From Trichinella spiralis (taxonomy: Eukaryota): a stretch of 64,000 bases of DNA. Under the pieces are notes generated by a model, which saw nothing but the letters and a program-made list of their open reading frames with translations, had not been told where the DNA came from and ran no database searches. Position numbers and translations under genes: made by a program. The DNA is taken from contig NW_003526943.1 in NCBI RefSeq assembly GCF_000181795.1, positions 3,030,707 through 3,094,706 of the forward strand, given 5' to 3'. Positions 40,701-57,713 of this stretch are shown here, one piece after another. Within the stretch, counting starts at the first letter, position 1; each line of letters starts with the position of its first letter.

Positions 40701-40702
<2 letters not shown>
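37917..40702 (-). CDS. STARD3: StAR-related lipid transfer protein 3 (MENTAL plus START domains)
   Basis: N-terminal RRRLIIFACFDFCLIFLLWI and FYNSLFDLV (MENTAL); START-type C-terminus GESGP..FEWFFNTNLK|GNLPRSLVQRSL..NLENYLKATYG*. Confidence 0.85.

Positions 40703-40748
<46 letters not shown>
40701..40748. repeat. (ATG/CAT)16 perfect trinucleotide repeat touching the STARD3 start codon
   Basis: Seen directly. Confidence 0.95.
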
Positions 40749-42057
40749 GTGCAATTTATTTGAAACGATAAAATGCTTTCAAAATAGAAAATGTACACAT
40801 ATACAGTGAAATTAAAAAAATTATTTTTCGATAATTAAAAACTTCCACTCATCAATTTGAAAAATTCACTCCCCATTCAGCATCGAAATGTGCGCAACGT
40901 TTTCGAAAGCACTGTTTCACAAATTGAAAATTAGGTACAATCAACATTGAAATTGACAGTACAATAACAAAAATTTGAATTGTTCAAATGCATAGTAATT
41001 TGAAATATTCATTTCACAACATGCCAAACCCATTTCCACATCAACAGAGGTTTCTTTTGCTAAATTTGACCATCAGACTTATATTTCTTTTTACCAATTA
41101 ATAACTTTTAGAATATTGAAAATAATGTCAATATGTTTGAATAATAATTTTAAAATAATTACACAAAACATAATTTCCACCAATAACGAATTAAATTGTA
41201 CAGTCATTGTACGCAGAATACATTTGAATACATTGTAATCAAATTACATTTTAATTTTGTGTGAAAATGTGATATTGAAAAAAATTAATTAAAATATTTA
41301 ACTTTTATGATTGTAATGAGCAAGAAAATATGGTAAAAAATGTAGGTCATGTGATTTATACGGTAAGTTCTCCAAGTAACGCGTTGGCAAGTCAGTGGGC
41401 CTCGCAATTGTCATTTGCTGGTGTTTTTCCTTGATCGACGCTAGCTGTTTGATTTTCAGTTTCGCTTGCTACACTTCAATTCGGTATGCATACTCACATA
41501 TCTGTTTAATTGAATTTATTATTAATATTTCCATTTGAAATCAGTTATTTGTACTGTAATGAAACGATCCAAGTACTGTCGGTTATATATTTTTGATAAC
41601 TTTGCCCTGATATTGGTCTGTTCGTTTATTTTTTCCATTTTCACCATGCGTATTTGGTGGTTTAGTCTTTCAATTGTAAAAATTGTCTCAGTACTGAATT
41701 CATCCGATCAGCTGTTTTATGTTAAAAAAGTTTGGAAAAACTTTTTTGTACAATATCATTTAATTTTTTATTAATTGTGTTATTTAATTTTCAGTTGAAA
41801 AGTTTTTTCTCACTATTACTGACATTATTTTTGTATTAAAATTGTTCAGTTGTCTGATTTTTACGTCTAATGTAAATAATAGTGAAAGTTGATATGAACA
41901 AATGTTCATTCTCTGAATCATCAGCTGTTACAGGTAGAATAATAAATTAACTTTCTACAGAAGAATTCTTTTTTCAATTATATTCTAATAATAATAATAA
42001 TTCATTGTTATATCGAATGTAATAATTAATTTCTTCTATTTTCTCAACAGTGGAACG

Positions 42058-43557
42058 ATGGGTAAAAATGGAGTGGTCACAAGTCCGTGGACAAGTGGAG
42101 GAGATGGTGTGATTTTTATAATTCTTGATCATAATTAATAATTTTAATGAAATGCATATTTTCCAGGTTCACGTTACAGCGAACTGGGCACCATTGGGAG
42201 TGGTGCATATGGTATGGTGATAAAGGTGAAAAATGTGGATACTGGCGAGATGGTTGCGGTGAAGAAAATTGTGGTTCCCATTACTTCGGACGGCGTGCCG
42301 CAGAGTGTTATACGTGAAGTTGGTCTCCTGAAACGAATCGGCGAATTTCCACCCCATAAAAACATTGTCCAGTATGCTTTAATGTATTTTATTATTATCA
42401 TTTTGTTTCTTTTTTGTTTGTTTATTGCTGCAACGTCATCAAAATTATTGCAGCTATTTGTTGTTACATTTATTTTTAGCTGTTTATCTTCCGAAATTGA
42501 TAGCACACAGATGTTTGATGTTTTTCAGAATGCTGCAGGTGATGCACGGCCTATTATCGCCCAGCGAATTGTTCATCAATGTTGCATTTGAATATTGTCT
42601 TTGTGATTTGAACACATTTTTACACAGGTAAAATAATATAATTTATTTTTCACATTTATTATGAAAAGAACAATTTTCAGAAAAGTTTTTTTCTATCAAT
42701 TCAATAATAATAAATTTTGCCATTTCAGCGAAAAGGGAAAAAATCTGAACATGGATGATATTCGTACATATTGTTTGGATATTCTGAAGGGCATCCAATT
42801 TTTGCAACAAATGTCCATTATTCATCGAGACATTAAACCGCAAAATATTTTACTCGGCAAAGATGGTCATTTGAAACTGACCGATTTCGGTCTCGCTCGA
42901 ATCTACGCTCATGCAAATCTATCTCCACTGGTAATGAAAGAATTTTCCTTTTTTTTTCAACACCTTTTGATGATATAACAATTGGCAACAATTATCACAG
43001 GTGGTCACTTTGTGGTACCGCGCCCCCGAGATTTTGCTGGTCACTACTTACACCACTGCTGCGGACATTTGGAGCTTTGCTTGCATTTTGGCCGAGATGC
43101 TGAAGAAGACTCCATTGTTTCCTGGCGACAGTGAAATTGACCAGTTGAAGAAGATATTCAAGTATTTGATTTGATTTGTTCTTTTATTTGATATATTGTA
43201 AAAATTGACAATTAAATTATTAGTTTAATTTTAATATATGATGATAATAATATAATTGAATGTAGAGTTATTGGACTACCTGCATTTTCGGAATGGCCCG
43301 CAGACGCGATCTTGCCTAGAAACAACTTCATCCGATTGGGCAATACTCCGTTGAGCACTTTGTTCAGAGATTTTGAACCAGACGTGATTGATCTGCTTAA
43401 AGTAAGCGAATCAAAATTTACACCATTTTTTGTGCATATTATTTTATTTATGATAATTTAATTTCCCTCTCTATTGCAGTCTGTATTGACTTTCAATCCG
43501 GACGATCGTCTGAATGTACGACAACTGCTTCAACACAGATTTTTTATTTCAAATTAA
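42058..43557 (+). CDS. Cyclin-dependent kinase, CDK4/6-like (multi-exon)
   Basis: [68 protein letters not shown] 42058 is in frame after splicing. Confidence 0.85.
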
Positions 43558-45101
43558 AATGTTATTTAAACAGCGGAATGAAATTGTAAAATAGCCAAAA
43601 AAAGAAAAGAAAAACAACATACCAGTATTCATCATTTATTATTTAATTTGTATTTTAATTGTATTCTTTACATGCTTTGCTTTCATTTTGATATCTTTAA
43701 ATACACCATATAATATATAAGAACAAAAAAAAGTTTTTTTTATTTTTCATTTTTGCGTACAAATTATGATCTGCTATTCAGTCGTTTTAAAATCCATTGC
43801 GAAATATCATTTTTTCAACATTCACCTCAACCCGACTACTTTGCTCATTAATAATACTATTTAATCTGCTTTTTTTCTCTTTTTCATTTTTCATTTCATA
43901 TACTTGTTGCTGTTGCTAGTTTTTTAATTGAATACTGTAACATGTGATCACTTAAACGAATATTGTTCTTCATCATGTTCACAGGTAACTTTTTTTGCAG
44001 AATTCAATTTCACCTCACTCATATATCTCTATATCCATATCTATATATGCATTCTTTATCCGTGTGAATTCTTTTTTTAGTTTCTTTTTTATTTTTAAAT
44101 AAATTCATAATAAAGATGAAGCTTGATCTTATTTGATTGACAAAATAATTTTTATTTGTAAAAGCATCGACAAAAAAAAACAAGTGAAGAATCCAAATGC
44201 TTCCTGTCTCTTCTTGCTAATCAGATCAGACAGCTAATGATTGAACATTTTTGCTTTTGGTTCTGAATTGAAAATTTACACCTTTATTTCAATTAAAATT
44301 TTCCACCACATCTTGTAAACTAGCTTCAAGCTATTATTACTTGCCCCACCCCAACTTGATGTAGGAGAAGGAGATACTGTTGTTGGTATGTTCATTTCTT
44401 TTGTACCCTTCAACGAGTGATGTTCGCATATGCGAGGTAGCAGTCAGTGTATTATTCGACAAAACCAATTTTTATGCACAGTCAAATGAAAAAATAATGA
44501 AAACTGTCCGATTCCAGAGTAGAGAAAAATATAAAAATTATGGAAAAATAATTTCTCCCAGTGTATATTAATAACAGTTGGCTGAGTCGGAAAAGTACGC
44601 ATCTGCTGACTGACATTAGCCGTCGCTGAACACCTGTTGCCTCTTCTCAATAGCACATTTACAATGGCTTCTTTGTCTTGCAATTGCTTTCAGCATGGCA
44701 GCTGCTCTAGGCACACCGACCTCAAGATTAATCTGTCTGTCACTTTGTTGTGAACTAATTTTTACTATAATAAAGCAGCAGATTTCAGATTAATAGCAGC
44801 AGTTGTGTGTGTGATTTTGCTCGATGCAAATTGTTCTTCAAAATTTCTTGCACAACCTGAATATATCCAGCAAATCTATAAAATTTTCTGCTCGCTGTGT
44901 TTATTACGTTTCGGTTAATTAACAACAAAATTTATGTATATATATTTCTTTTTCTTTTGAGATAATGCGTAAATTCTTTTGACAACATTTTCCTGTTGAC
45001 TTCAACTTGAATTTGAAAAAGTTGCAAAATTGCAATCAAAAGAAAAGCTTGAAAAAATATGTATATATATATTAATGAATAACAGGATAACATTTTATAT
45101 A

Positions 45102-45784
45102 CAGTGGAACCTTGATAATCTGGGCACTCAATTGGCCAAATTAGACAAGTGCCCATTTTATGAAGGTTGCTAGTGTATGATGCCACTGATTGTTATATCA
45201 CTTCCACTTTATGAATTTACTTTTACATTACATGATACGGTTTCAAAAACAGTAAAAGCTGATACTCGTTATTCGGCGCACCTGCTGGCGTTATAATTTA
45301 TCAAGCAGATGTTTATTTGATGCAATGTGAACAAAGGAAAAATTACGGCACGTTCCCTACAGTACTTCAGGATAATAAGTTCGACACTAGTACATGTGCA
45401 TACTGGAAAGAGCAGAATGAACTGCTTCGTCACTTCCCACGCGCCAAAGGAGTAGGCTAAGTCAGTTTGTCAATAAAAGGCATTAGCATAAATGGCTAAG
45501 AATAATTTCTCCAGTAGTCGTCATTTGGCTACACGCAGTGACAACAGTTGAACAATACAATGTGACGGTTAAAGCCCTAATGAGCCTTGGTAATCATTGC
45601 AAACAAAGAAATATTCAACTTTTATTGGAAAAAGAAAGGGCGATTTTCATAAATATTAAACATTAGTGTTGTTTAACACACGCTCACATTAAACGGGGGT
45701 CAAGACAACCACTTGTCTCAAGCAAAAATACCGTTTTGACAGGTTCCCAGATTATCAAGTTACGCACTTTAACAGGTTTCACTG
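45102..45784. mobile_element. pogo/Tigger-type non-autonomous element (MITE)
   Basis: TA-flanked ends CAGTGGAACC...GGTTTCACTG, plus inner inverted TTGATAATCTGGG / CCCAGATTATCAA. Confidence 0.75.
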
Positions 45785-46414
45785 TATATGAAAACAAAAT
45801 TAATTTCACATTCAAGCATTGTTTTGCATGAAAAACTGCTTGTTCATTATACGGATAATAATCCGCTCTAGCTGTTCTTCGACACCCGTTGTATAATTAT
45901 TTTCTCGTATTACACAGACGACAAGAATAATTTAACAACCGATAAAATGACAGACGCTTTATTACCAATCACGAAGCACCGTCACAAGAAGAGCTAAGAT
46001 TCAAGACATTTTTTGTAACCGAGGGTATAAACCCGTTAGCAGTTTCACGACAGCTGCTGGATGATATATGCATATGCAGGTACCTTTCACAAATATCAGC
46101 AACAATTCTGGGAAATATCAAACAGATTTATCTAAAATTCTAAATCTGTGAAAATTTATCATTTTTACTTATTACATGAAAAGAAAAATAAGGTTTTCAA
46201 TAATAATCTACAAAGGAAGGAAAACTTTAAAACATTTATTACATCAGATTTCAAATTGGAAGGTTAAAATTTTTAAAGTGTAGTTTAAAATGTTTCCTAC
46301 TTTAAAAAGCAAACTGCTGTAGTAGAATTGAGATAATTTGATTAATTCAGTTGTGGTTTCGTGTTTCCCGAGATCAGTGGTTGTTTCCATACTCCTCTGA
46401 ATTCCGTTGAAAAC

Positions 46415-46795
46415 ATGCCGAAGCCTATTCCAAGCGAATTGAAGACTTCACCTGCTGAAAGGATCGTTTTCAATGCACCATTTGAAGAGAAGAAAAATTA
46501 TCCATTCAGCATAATTAATAATGGAAAAGAAAAAATTGCCTACATGATCAAATTGTCCAATGAAATGCGTACAATGTGCGAGCCATCTCATGGAGTTTTA
46601 GATCCTGGTGAAAATATGTGGATTCGTGTTCATCTGGAAGAATTTAAACCGACAGTAGAAAATACTCAACCCAACACACTGACCATCGAGTATTGTTTCC
46701 CACCAGAAGGCTCGGATAAAAATTTCAATCCAAGTTGGTTCCGGCTTAACGTCATCATTCGACGCAAGCACGTTGCACTTGAGTTCAACGCGTGA
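46415..46795 (+). CDS. Major sperm protein (MSP) family, copy 2
   Basis: Same protein as copy 1 except Y->F third from the C-terminus. Confidence 0.9.
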   Translation: MPKPIPSELKTSPAERIVFNAPFEEKKNYPFSIINNGKEKIAYMIKLSNEMRTMCEPSHGVLDPGENMWIRVHLEEFKPTVENTQPNTLTIEYCFPPEGSDKNFNPSWFRLNVIIRRKHVALEFNA

Positions 46796-47791
46796 TGCTC
46801 ACTTTTTGTCACTTTTTTCATTTTACTATAATAATTGATACCACATTATTATATTTTAATTTGTTTAAAAGTTATTATTATTAAAACATAATTTATTGTT
46901 ATTATCAATGATTTCAGCTAATACAATAAGTAAAATTATATTATTATATTGCATGTTATGATTGCATACAAACAATGTCAACCAAATTGTAAAGTTCAGA
47001 ATTGGCAGACTGCATAAGGTGTTTCTCAGCAAGGGAAATTTGGTCAGTTACTATCGAAAAATATTCAAGAAATAATCAACGATAGTCTTTATAGATTTGT
47101 AGTACAAGCCAAAAGGGTGATGAAATTCAATTTTATAATATACACACTCGACGCATGCATTCTCGATCTTGAACATCAAATGACGAAGCAGCAGTTATGA
47201 TAGCATGACGCGCACAAATAAAGCTGCAAAAATGTGGTGACAACTGGACATCGGTGACTGATGCAGCAGCAATTCCAAGTAATGAAACGGTATACTGACA
47301 ATGAATCATCAGCAAGAAGAAATTTTTTCCACTCACATTACATAAATAAATAAATAAATATATATATAGCAACTAATAAATTTCATGATGTCATTATTAT
47401 TTTAAGAGATGTTGTTCTTGTACAAAATTCGACGGTAATTTAATTCAAAAATTAGTTTACACTTCATTTAATGCAGTCACATTTTACACAAAAACAGCAT
47501 TGTTTTATTCAAACTTAATTATCAACTGCTACTTTTTATGATATACTTTACAATTTAATTTGGAATTTATAAGACTGCTTTCACGCAGCTTAACCCTCAT
47601 CCGAGCGGCAAATTTTACATCTTAAGGTCTTACACCTTTCGCTACGTTTAATCTTTTTACAACTGATTAAAACTGATTATTTTTTCAAGAACGAATGATA
47701 ATTTCACAAACAGATGATTTACTTTATTCAATGCATTTCAGTCATTTTATGGCTGCTACATATATATTTTTTTACATGAATGCCAGCGGTT

Positions 47792-49390
47792 TCACGTTGA
47801 TCTTCGACATCCTGGCTCTTGGCATTTCGATAGATTTTCTCGTCTCATATCTAATGTTTCTGACCTTCCTGGTTTTGGGAGCAGTCCGTAGCGGATGAAG
47901 GCATCTTTTGTTTGTCCATAGATTTTTTCATTTTGATACCTCGTTTCGATGTTTTGAGCCGAAAGCTCTTTCATAAAATGTTTCTTTGTCTTCTTATAAC
48001 TTTGCTGTTGGCTCATCAGTAAGTATGCGTTGTTAATACAAACGTCAACAATGAGGTACAGCATCAGCATGGTGCATTTGTTGGTCTTTCGTTTGCAGGA
48101 AAAATCTTCTATTCTTGAATCCCTGCTGTCCACGCCTCCTTTGCCAAGATTATAATCATTTATGATGTTTGGTCTTCTGTCATCTCGCTGGTTGTCTATT
48201 TTCAGCTTTGTGTGGCACGAAGTCATCAAAAGAACATTCTTATTCTTCCTTGGCACATAACTGATCATCATGATTACTTTTTTGTTGTGCTCATAAACGG
48301 CCAGAGTTGAGTAAACATCGCGTCCTCTTGTATTCCGCAAACATAATGGTACATCGCGGCGATTTGCAGAGATTGTACCTACAGCTGTTAAACCAAGATC
48401 AAGTAAATGTTGTAAAATGGAGTAAGAAGTAAAATAACGGTCCATAAAAACGTTTCTGTTAGATTGTACAAATGGCTGTGCTAATTGCGCAACATTGGTG
48501 CTTGCTAGCCACTTATGCCAGTATACAGAAAATCTTTTAGAGCATAACCATTATCTGCCTCACATATCCAGTAGATCTTTACACCGTACTTTGCTGCCTT
48601 GCTTGGAATGAATGTTCGCCCTGGAAGGGTATTTAGCCGCGGAAGCCATATAGTTGCTCATCAATGATTAATCTTTCTGATGGTACATAATGTTTCATTA
48701 GATTACTTTAAAACCTGCCCCAGATGTCTCTCACGGCTGCCATTTCGTCCGTCACTTTGCGATCTTCTCAAGTTGCCTTGTTGTAAGACGTAGCATGGAG
48801 TAAATGAGTCTGAAACGATGGTACGACACGGCGCAGCGGTAAAACGGTTTGATGTTATTTAGTAGATATAGATCTTCTACTGCAGGCAAGTTATCTTTGT
48901 CAGCACCTGCCCGTATGATGGTTCCCAGTGCAGCATAGACTTCAGAAAAAAATGTGAATTCTCGTTTCTTCAAAATGTGCATATGCCTGTAGTGTGGCGA
49001 TGTATTTGTGCAACCATATTTTCATCAATGAATAGAGAAAATGCATCTTTCTCTGTCGCCAGTTCCTGACGAAGGCCGTATCTAAATCGAATGATGGCCC
49101 GACCTCGGCTCCAGACAGCAAAAGGTCGATGCTACCAGATTATTCCATTTGGTGACGTGTACTCATTCTCCAATTCACTATAAATCGCTGCTTCTTCACT
49201 GTTACTATCAGCATCATCGCTTTCATCATAAATATAAAGGAAAACATCACCGTCACTTTCAACTTCAAGAAGCTCATCACTGCCATGCATTGCTTTAAAA
49301 TCACTTACCAATGTAACGTCACTCTCTTTATCAGAATCAATTTCAGTGCTCTCAGTGTCAACATCTCTGTATGCACCAACAAGCTGCTGA
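47792..49390 (-). pseudogene. piggyBac (PGBD4-like) transposase, frameshifted
   Basis: IDEQLYGFRG, PSKAAKYGVKIYW, MDRYFTS, YNLGKGGVDS; acidic N-terminus; split across frames. Confidence 0.9.
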
Positions 49391-50214
49391 ACTTCATGCA
49401 GCGTAAAAATTCAATGGGATAAACGAGACATTCAAACACGTATAAAGAAATAAGAAACAGACGAAGGTAAACGGTAAAATGGCGTTGTTGTGCAGAAATG
49501 CCATACTCATGGCCCCTAAAATGAAGCAGAAATCAAAGGTAATAACATCGATGAACAACTGCTTCAGCAGCCATGGTAAGCACGTATGGTCAAATGCAAA
49601 AGTAGCCATCACAAGTTCGCCACACTGGATTATCTTTAGCAATTAATGCTGCATAATGGATATCGCTGACCCAGTTCTCTTCGCTGTCATAAACAACTGA
49701 CTGCTTTTGTCACATATTGAACTAATAACAGTGACTCTTAGACAAACGTCAAGAAGATCTAAGAGTACTGAGAGACACCAATGAAGCATACTGCATTTAT
49801 CTTTGGGTTGGCACACTGTTTGACTAATCCAGTCTATATTATGCAAAGAAACTTTATCCCAGATTCCATAAAGCACACGAACATGGACCACATTCAAAAA
49901 TAATCAATATGGTAACCTCAAAGCATTTTAGATACTACAAACATGTAGATTATTTCAGTATAATCATCAAAAAAGAGAAAGTGTTATGTGCCTACATATG
50001 CAGACAGGTGCCTGGAATATGAGCAGTAAACATGAAACACCAGCTTAAAAACTTTAGTAGCTTAAAAGCTTAAACGTAAATTAGCTGTTGAGATAGAGCA
50101 TTGTAGCGGTTCGATTCAAACATTACATACTGCTATAATGCATCGGTTACATGATTTTACTTCAGTATCGTACTACTGTTACAGTATATTGGAACGCAGG
50201 ATAAATGCAATATA

Positions 50215-50842
50215 CAGTGAAACTCGGTTGTAACGATGGGCATTGGGGACAGAGATTTTGATCGTTATAACCGAGTTTGCACACATATAGTTAGTTTATT
50301 GTTACATATATGGTTAAGTTTATTCAAGAACTTCATTTATGCTGAAAAAATTTTTCAACGTTGTCAATTTCAATTTCATTCTGTGATCTTTGACGAATTG
50401 TCTGACAACAGAGATGGCTTTATAAATTCCTTCATCAGCACTTTCCGTAGCTCTGTGTCCTCTTGTTTGGCGCAATGGATGTCATTTACTATGTCATCCA
50501 TCGTTGGTACATCAGACGTAATAGCAGCGGCGTCTATATCTACATAGTCGTTACGTTCAGAAATTTCATCAAATTGACAATGACAGTGAGTTTCTCTTTG
50601 CGAGACTAATGTATTAAAAGCACAACGCGCAACAGCTCTACGCCGTCAGTTATGTGACGTTATTTACTACTACTGCAGATTACGAACGCTCACAATTGTT
50701 ACTTATTTCTATCGTTATTCGTTATATGCGAGTTTTAAGATCGCTATAAAATGTGTTTTACATGTATACAACATAGCCGAACCAACCAAAGATGTAATTT
50801 CTATCGCAATAGCCGAGACATCGTTATAACAGAGTTCTTATG
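50215..50842 (-). mobile_element. Tigger/pogo deletion derivative nested in the piggyBac 5' region
   Basis: TA-CAGTGAAACTCGGTTGTAACGAT at one end, degenerate ATCGTTATAACAGAGTT at the other; minus-strand DYVDIDAAAITSDVPTMDDIV resembles TIGD C-termini. Confidence 0.7.
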
Positions 50843-51274
50843 ATTTTGGAATGAATAAGGCTAATTATTTTCATCTAAATTACAACACTATTCCAAACAT
50901 CATTTGCCTACATGTGTAGACAGGTGCCCGGATGAGGGTTAATATTTGCAATTGCACTGTTGTGTTAAAAACTAATCTTATCATGTATTGTTTTTCATCT
51001 TAAAATACAATTAACAAGTACTGTTATAAACGACAGAAATGTCAAAATTTCATACTATAAAATCAACTTTTTTGCAAATCAAGTCTCCTTTTTTTCAAAA
51101 TACGAATTCCACAAACATCATATTGTTATGTGGCCAGTTGTTGCTCTACATTTAATGTACTTTCTGATACTGCCTCATGAAATAGGCAAAAAGAAGTACC
51201 TATTAATGTTTGAAATGCAATACAAAGGTTATGTATTTTCAATTTTTACTTATAAGAAACGTATATCATGTCTC

Positions 51275-51709
51275 TCATCCCTGTTTCTTTTCCGTAGGAT
51301 TGCGTTTAGTTTCTGAGAGCTTCCTTTCCAGTTTCCTCTTCAGTAGTCCCTTTCTTGCATAAAATAAATTTTTCAAAAACTTTGGATCAACCTAAAAATA
51401 CTTGCATGTTGCGTCATTCAGATAAACCTTCACGTTTCAAAAAAAGATACAATAAAACTTCACATATGAGAAAAATATGTATACCCCTTTCATTCCAGGA
51501 CATCGCTTACGTCTGGGTCTTTTGATTCCGTTGCGATGATCTTTGCGGTCTAAACATGCATCCAAAAAATATTAATATTTTTTTTGATATAAAATGCTTT
51601 TTGTTATAAAATAAACCATTATAAAACATATATTTGTCATTAATAAAATGAAATTTGATTTAATATACGCACTCTGATTGTGATTTGTATGATTCTTGCT
51701 CTTTGCCAT
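51275..51709 (-). CDS. RPL29: 60S ribosomal protein L29 (eL29); exons 51709-51673, 51549-51485, 51391-51275
   Basis: Spliced product MAKSKNHTNHNQNRKDHRNGIKRPRRKRCPGMKGVDPKFLKNLFYARKG...; absent from the ORF track because the exons are tiny. Confidence 0.97.
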
Positions 51710-53575
51710 TGTTGAGTTTAATGAATCTAAAATATTAACATATTAATGTGATATGTATGCGCATCAGTTTTTAAATCAATCTAAATAGTTTGGCATAACA
51801 AACTTTTGACAAGTATACAAGAAAGTGACTTCAGTTAACAATACAGTGACGTATTACAGTATATTATGATAATTAAGTAATTATATTATTAAATACAGTA
51901 TGCTGTAGTCAAATTCCTGTTCATTTTGAATCTAAAAGAATTCGCAAATTCTATTATGAAAATACTTTTATCATTAAATAACATCGTGAATATACTGAAT
52001 AATGTCCAGGAACCAATATCGTAACTCTGTGACTTTACACGTCAGAATAATTTTTACAATATGATTTTAAAGGTTATTCATTTTTCAGAGTATTGTCTTT
52101 AATGGCATAAAGCGGTGACGATATCTTAATTTTTTAACACTTTTGCACAATTGGTTTTTATTTGATGATTGTTGTTGTTCTGATTTGTTTTAGTAGCACT
52201 CTTTACTATTCTACATCGGCAAAATGCACCGACGATCTGATAGAAATAAAAGTGGAGTAAAAAGTTCTAACAGGTTCGTTGGAAAATCATGAACAACAGA
52301 TTTTATACGTCTTATTATTATATATTGTTCTTTGGAAGGTCGATCAGTATCAAATTCCTCAGTCGTTTATCAGTTGATTATCTGAAAAACGTCTGAAGTC
52401 ATGCACTGCTTGAGCATAAAACGCATCTGCGCGTCTGAAATTATTTATTATAGTAAAAATTGCATCTTTATAACACTGGCAGAAATTCATGTTTCTTTAT
52501 ATGTTGAACAATGAAACGTCAGTTGTTAAATTCTGTATAAACGTTGATTCAAAGAAAAGATTACCCTGTTAAGATGGATAAATAATGTTTAATTTTAAAG
52601 TGTTTATATTATTTTTTAATACTGCTTAAGAAATGAATAATAATAGTGAATTGTAATTACAGTTAGCTTTTAGATAAGGTGATTTTTTACTAGTTTACAA
52701 AATCAATACTGTTACTTGATAATTTTATATTAGGTAAGATGAACAAATTACTTATTTTTCAGATGCAATAAAATATCATCAGATGTAATAAAATTAAATA
52801 AAAATAACTTAAATATAAAGATATTATAAATAACGGTCTAAAATTAGAAAAGGAATTCATCACTTTTAGCATTATGATAGTTAAACAAAAAATCAATTCT
52901 TAAATCAGCTCAATTATTGCACTCAATCAATCAGCTTCATCTGTTTAAGTACTGTTGTGTCAAAGAATAAATTTATTTATCTAACAAAAGCTTAAACAGC
53001 CTTTTGAATTTATTTTCTTATTTACTAATAAAAAATCCTCTTTTTTTCGACTTACCACATTAAAATAACTTACTTTTATTTATTTAATTGGAATAATTTT
53101 GTAATTGCAACTATAATAATAGTACCTGTGATGTAAATACAAATAAATAAATTGCATAAATTGCTAAAGCGTAATTTTTTTATTACAGTGTCGGAAAACT
53201 GAAAATTTATGGACGATATTGAAAATGCTTTTTCATTAAATAAGAAAGAAAATTTTTGGCAATTATTTCAGATTACTGACTGAATTGGTAATTTCAGTAA
53301 AGTTGTTACAACTTAAAAAACATTTTTATGATATTTGTCATCAGTTCATAATTACTTTGGATTCGCCACATTGCTATCCATTTATGTAATTTTTCAATAA
53401 ATTGCATCAATTCTACTAAATTGGATTATTTGACTTAATTTGATAGTCCAAATCAACGAATGTAATACAATGACGAACAAATTTTAAACGATCGTTCATC
53501 AATCACAAGCTGGTTGATTGCAAACGGATCGTCATTGGAATACAGCTTATGCAGAGAAGATGTTTTGATCAAACG

Positions 53576-57713
<4,138 letters not shown>

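Larger units (their letters stand above)
47594..50938 (-). mobile_element. piggyBac transposon with both TIRs and TTAA target duplications
   Basis: TTAA-CCCTCATCCGAGC ... GCCCGGATGAGGG-TTAA. Confidence 0.92.

Noticed and set aside
44430..44930. Possible Cys-rich transposase tail on the minus strand
   Set aside because: Too degenerate; no catalytic motifs or termini found
47133..47372. Moderately GC-rich 79-aa minus-strand ORF after MSP copy 2
   Set aside because: No convincing start, splice structure or homology
51392..51484. Possible C/D snoRNA in RPL29 intron 2 (GTGAAG...CTGA with TCAT/ATGA ends)
   Set aside because: Poor C box, only about 50 nt long, and no guide sequence I can identify
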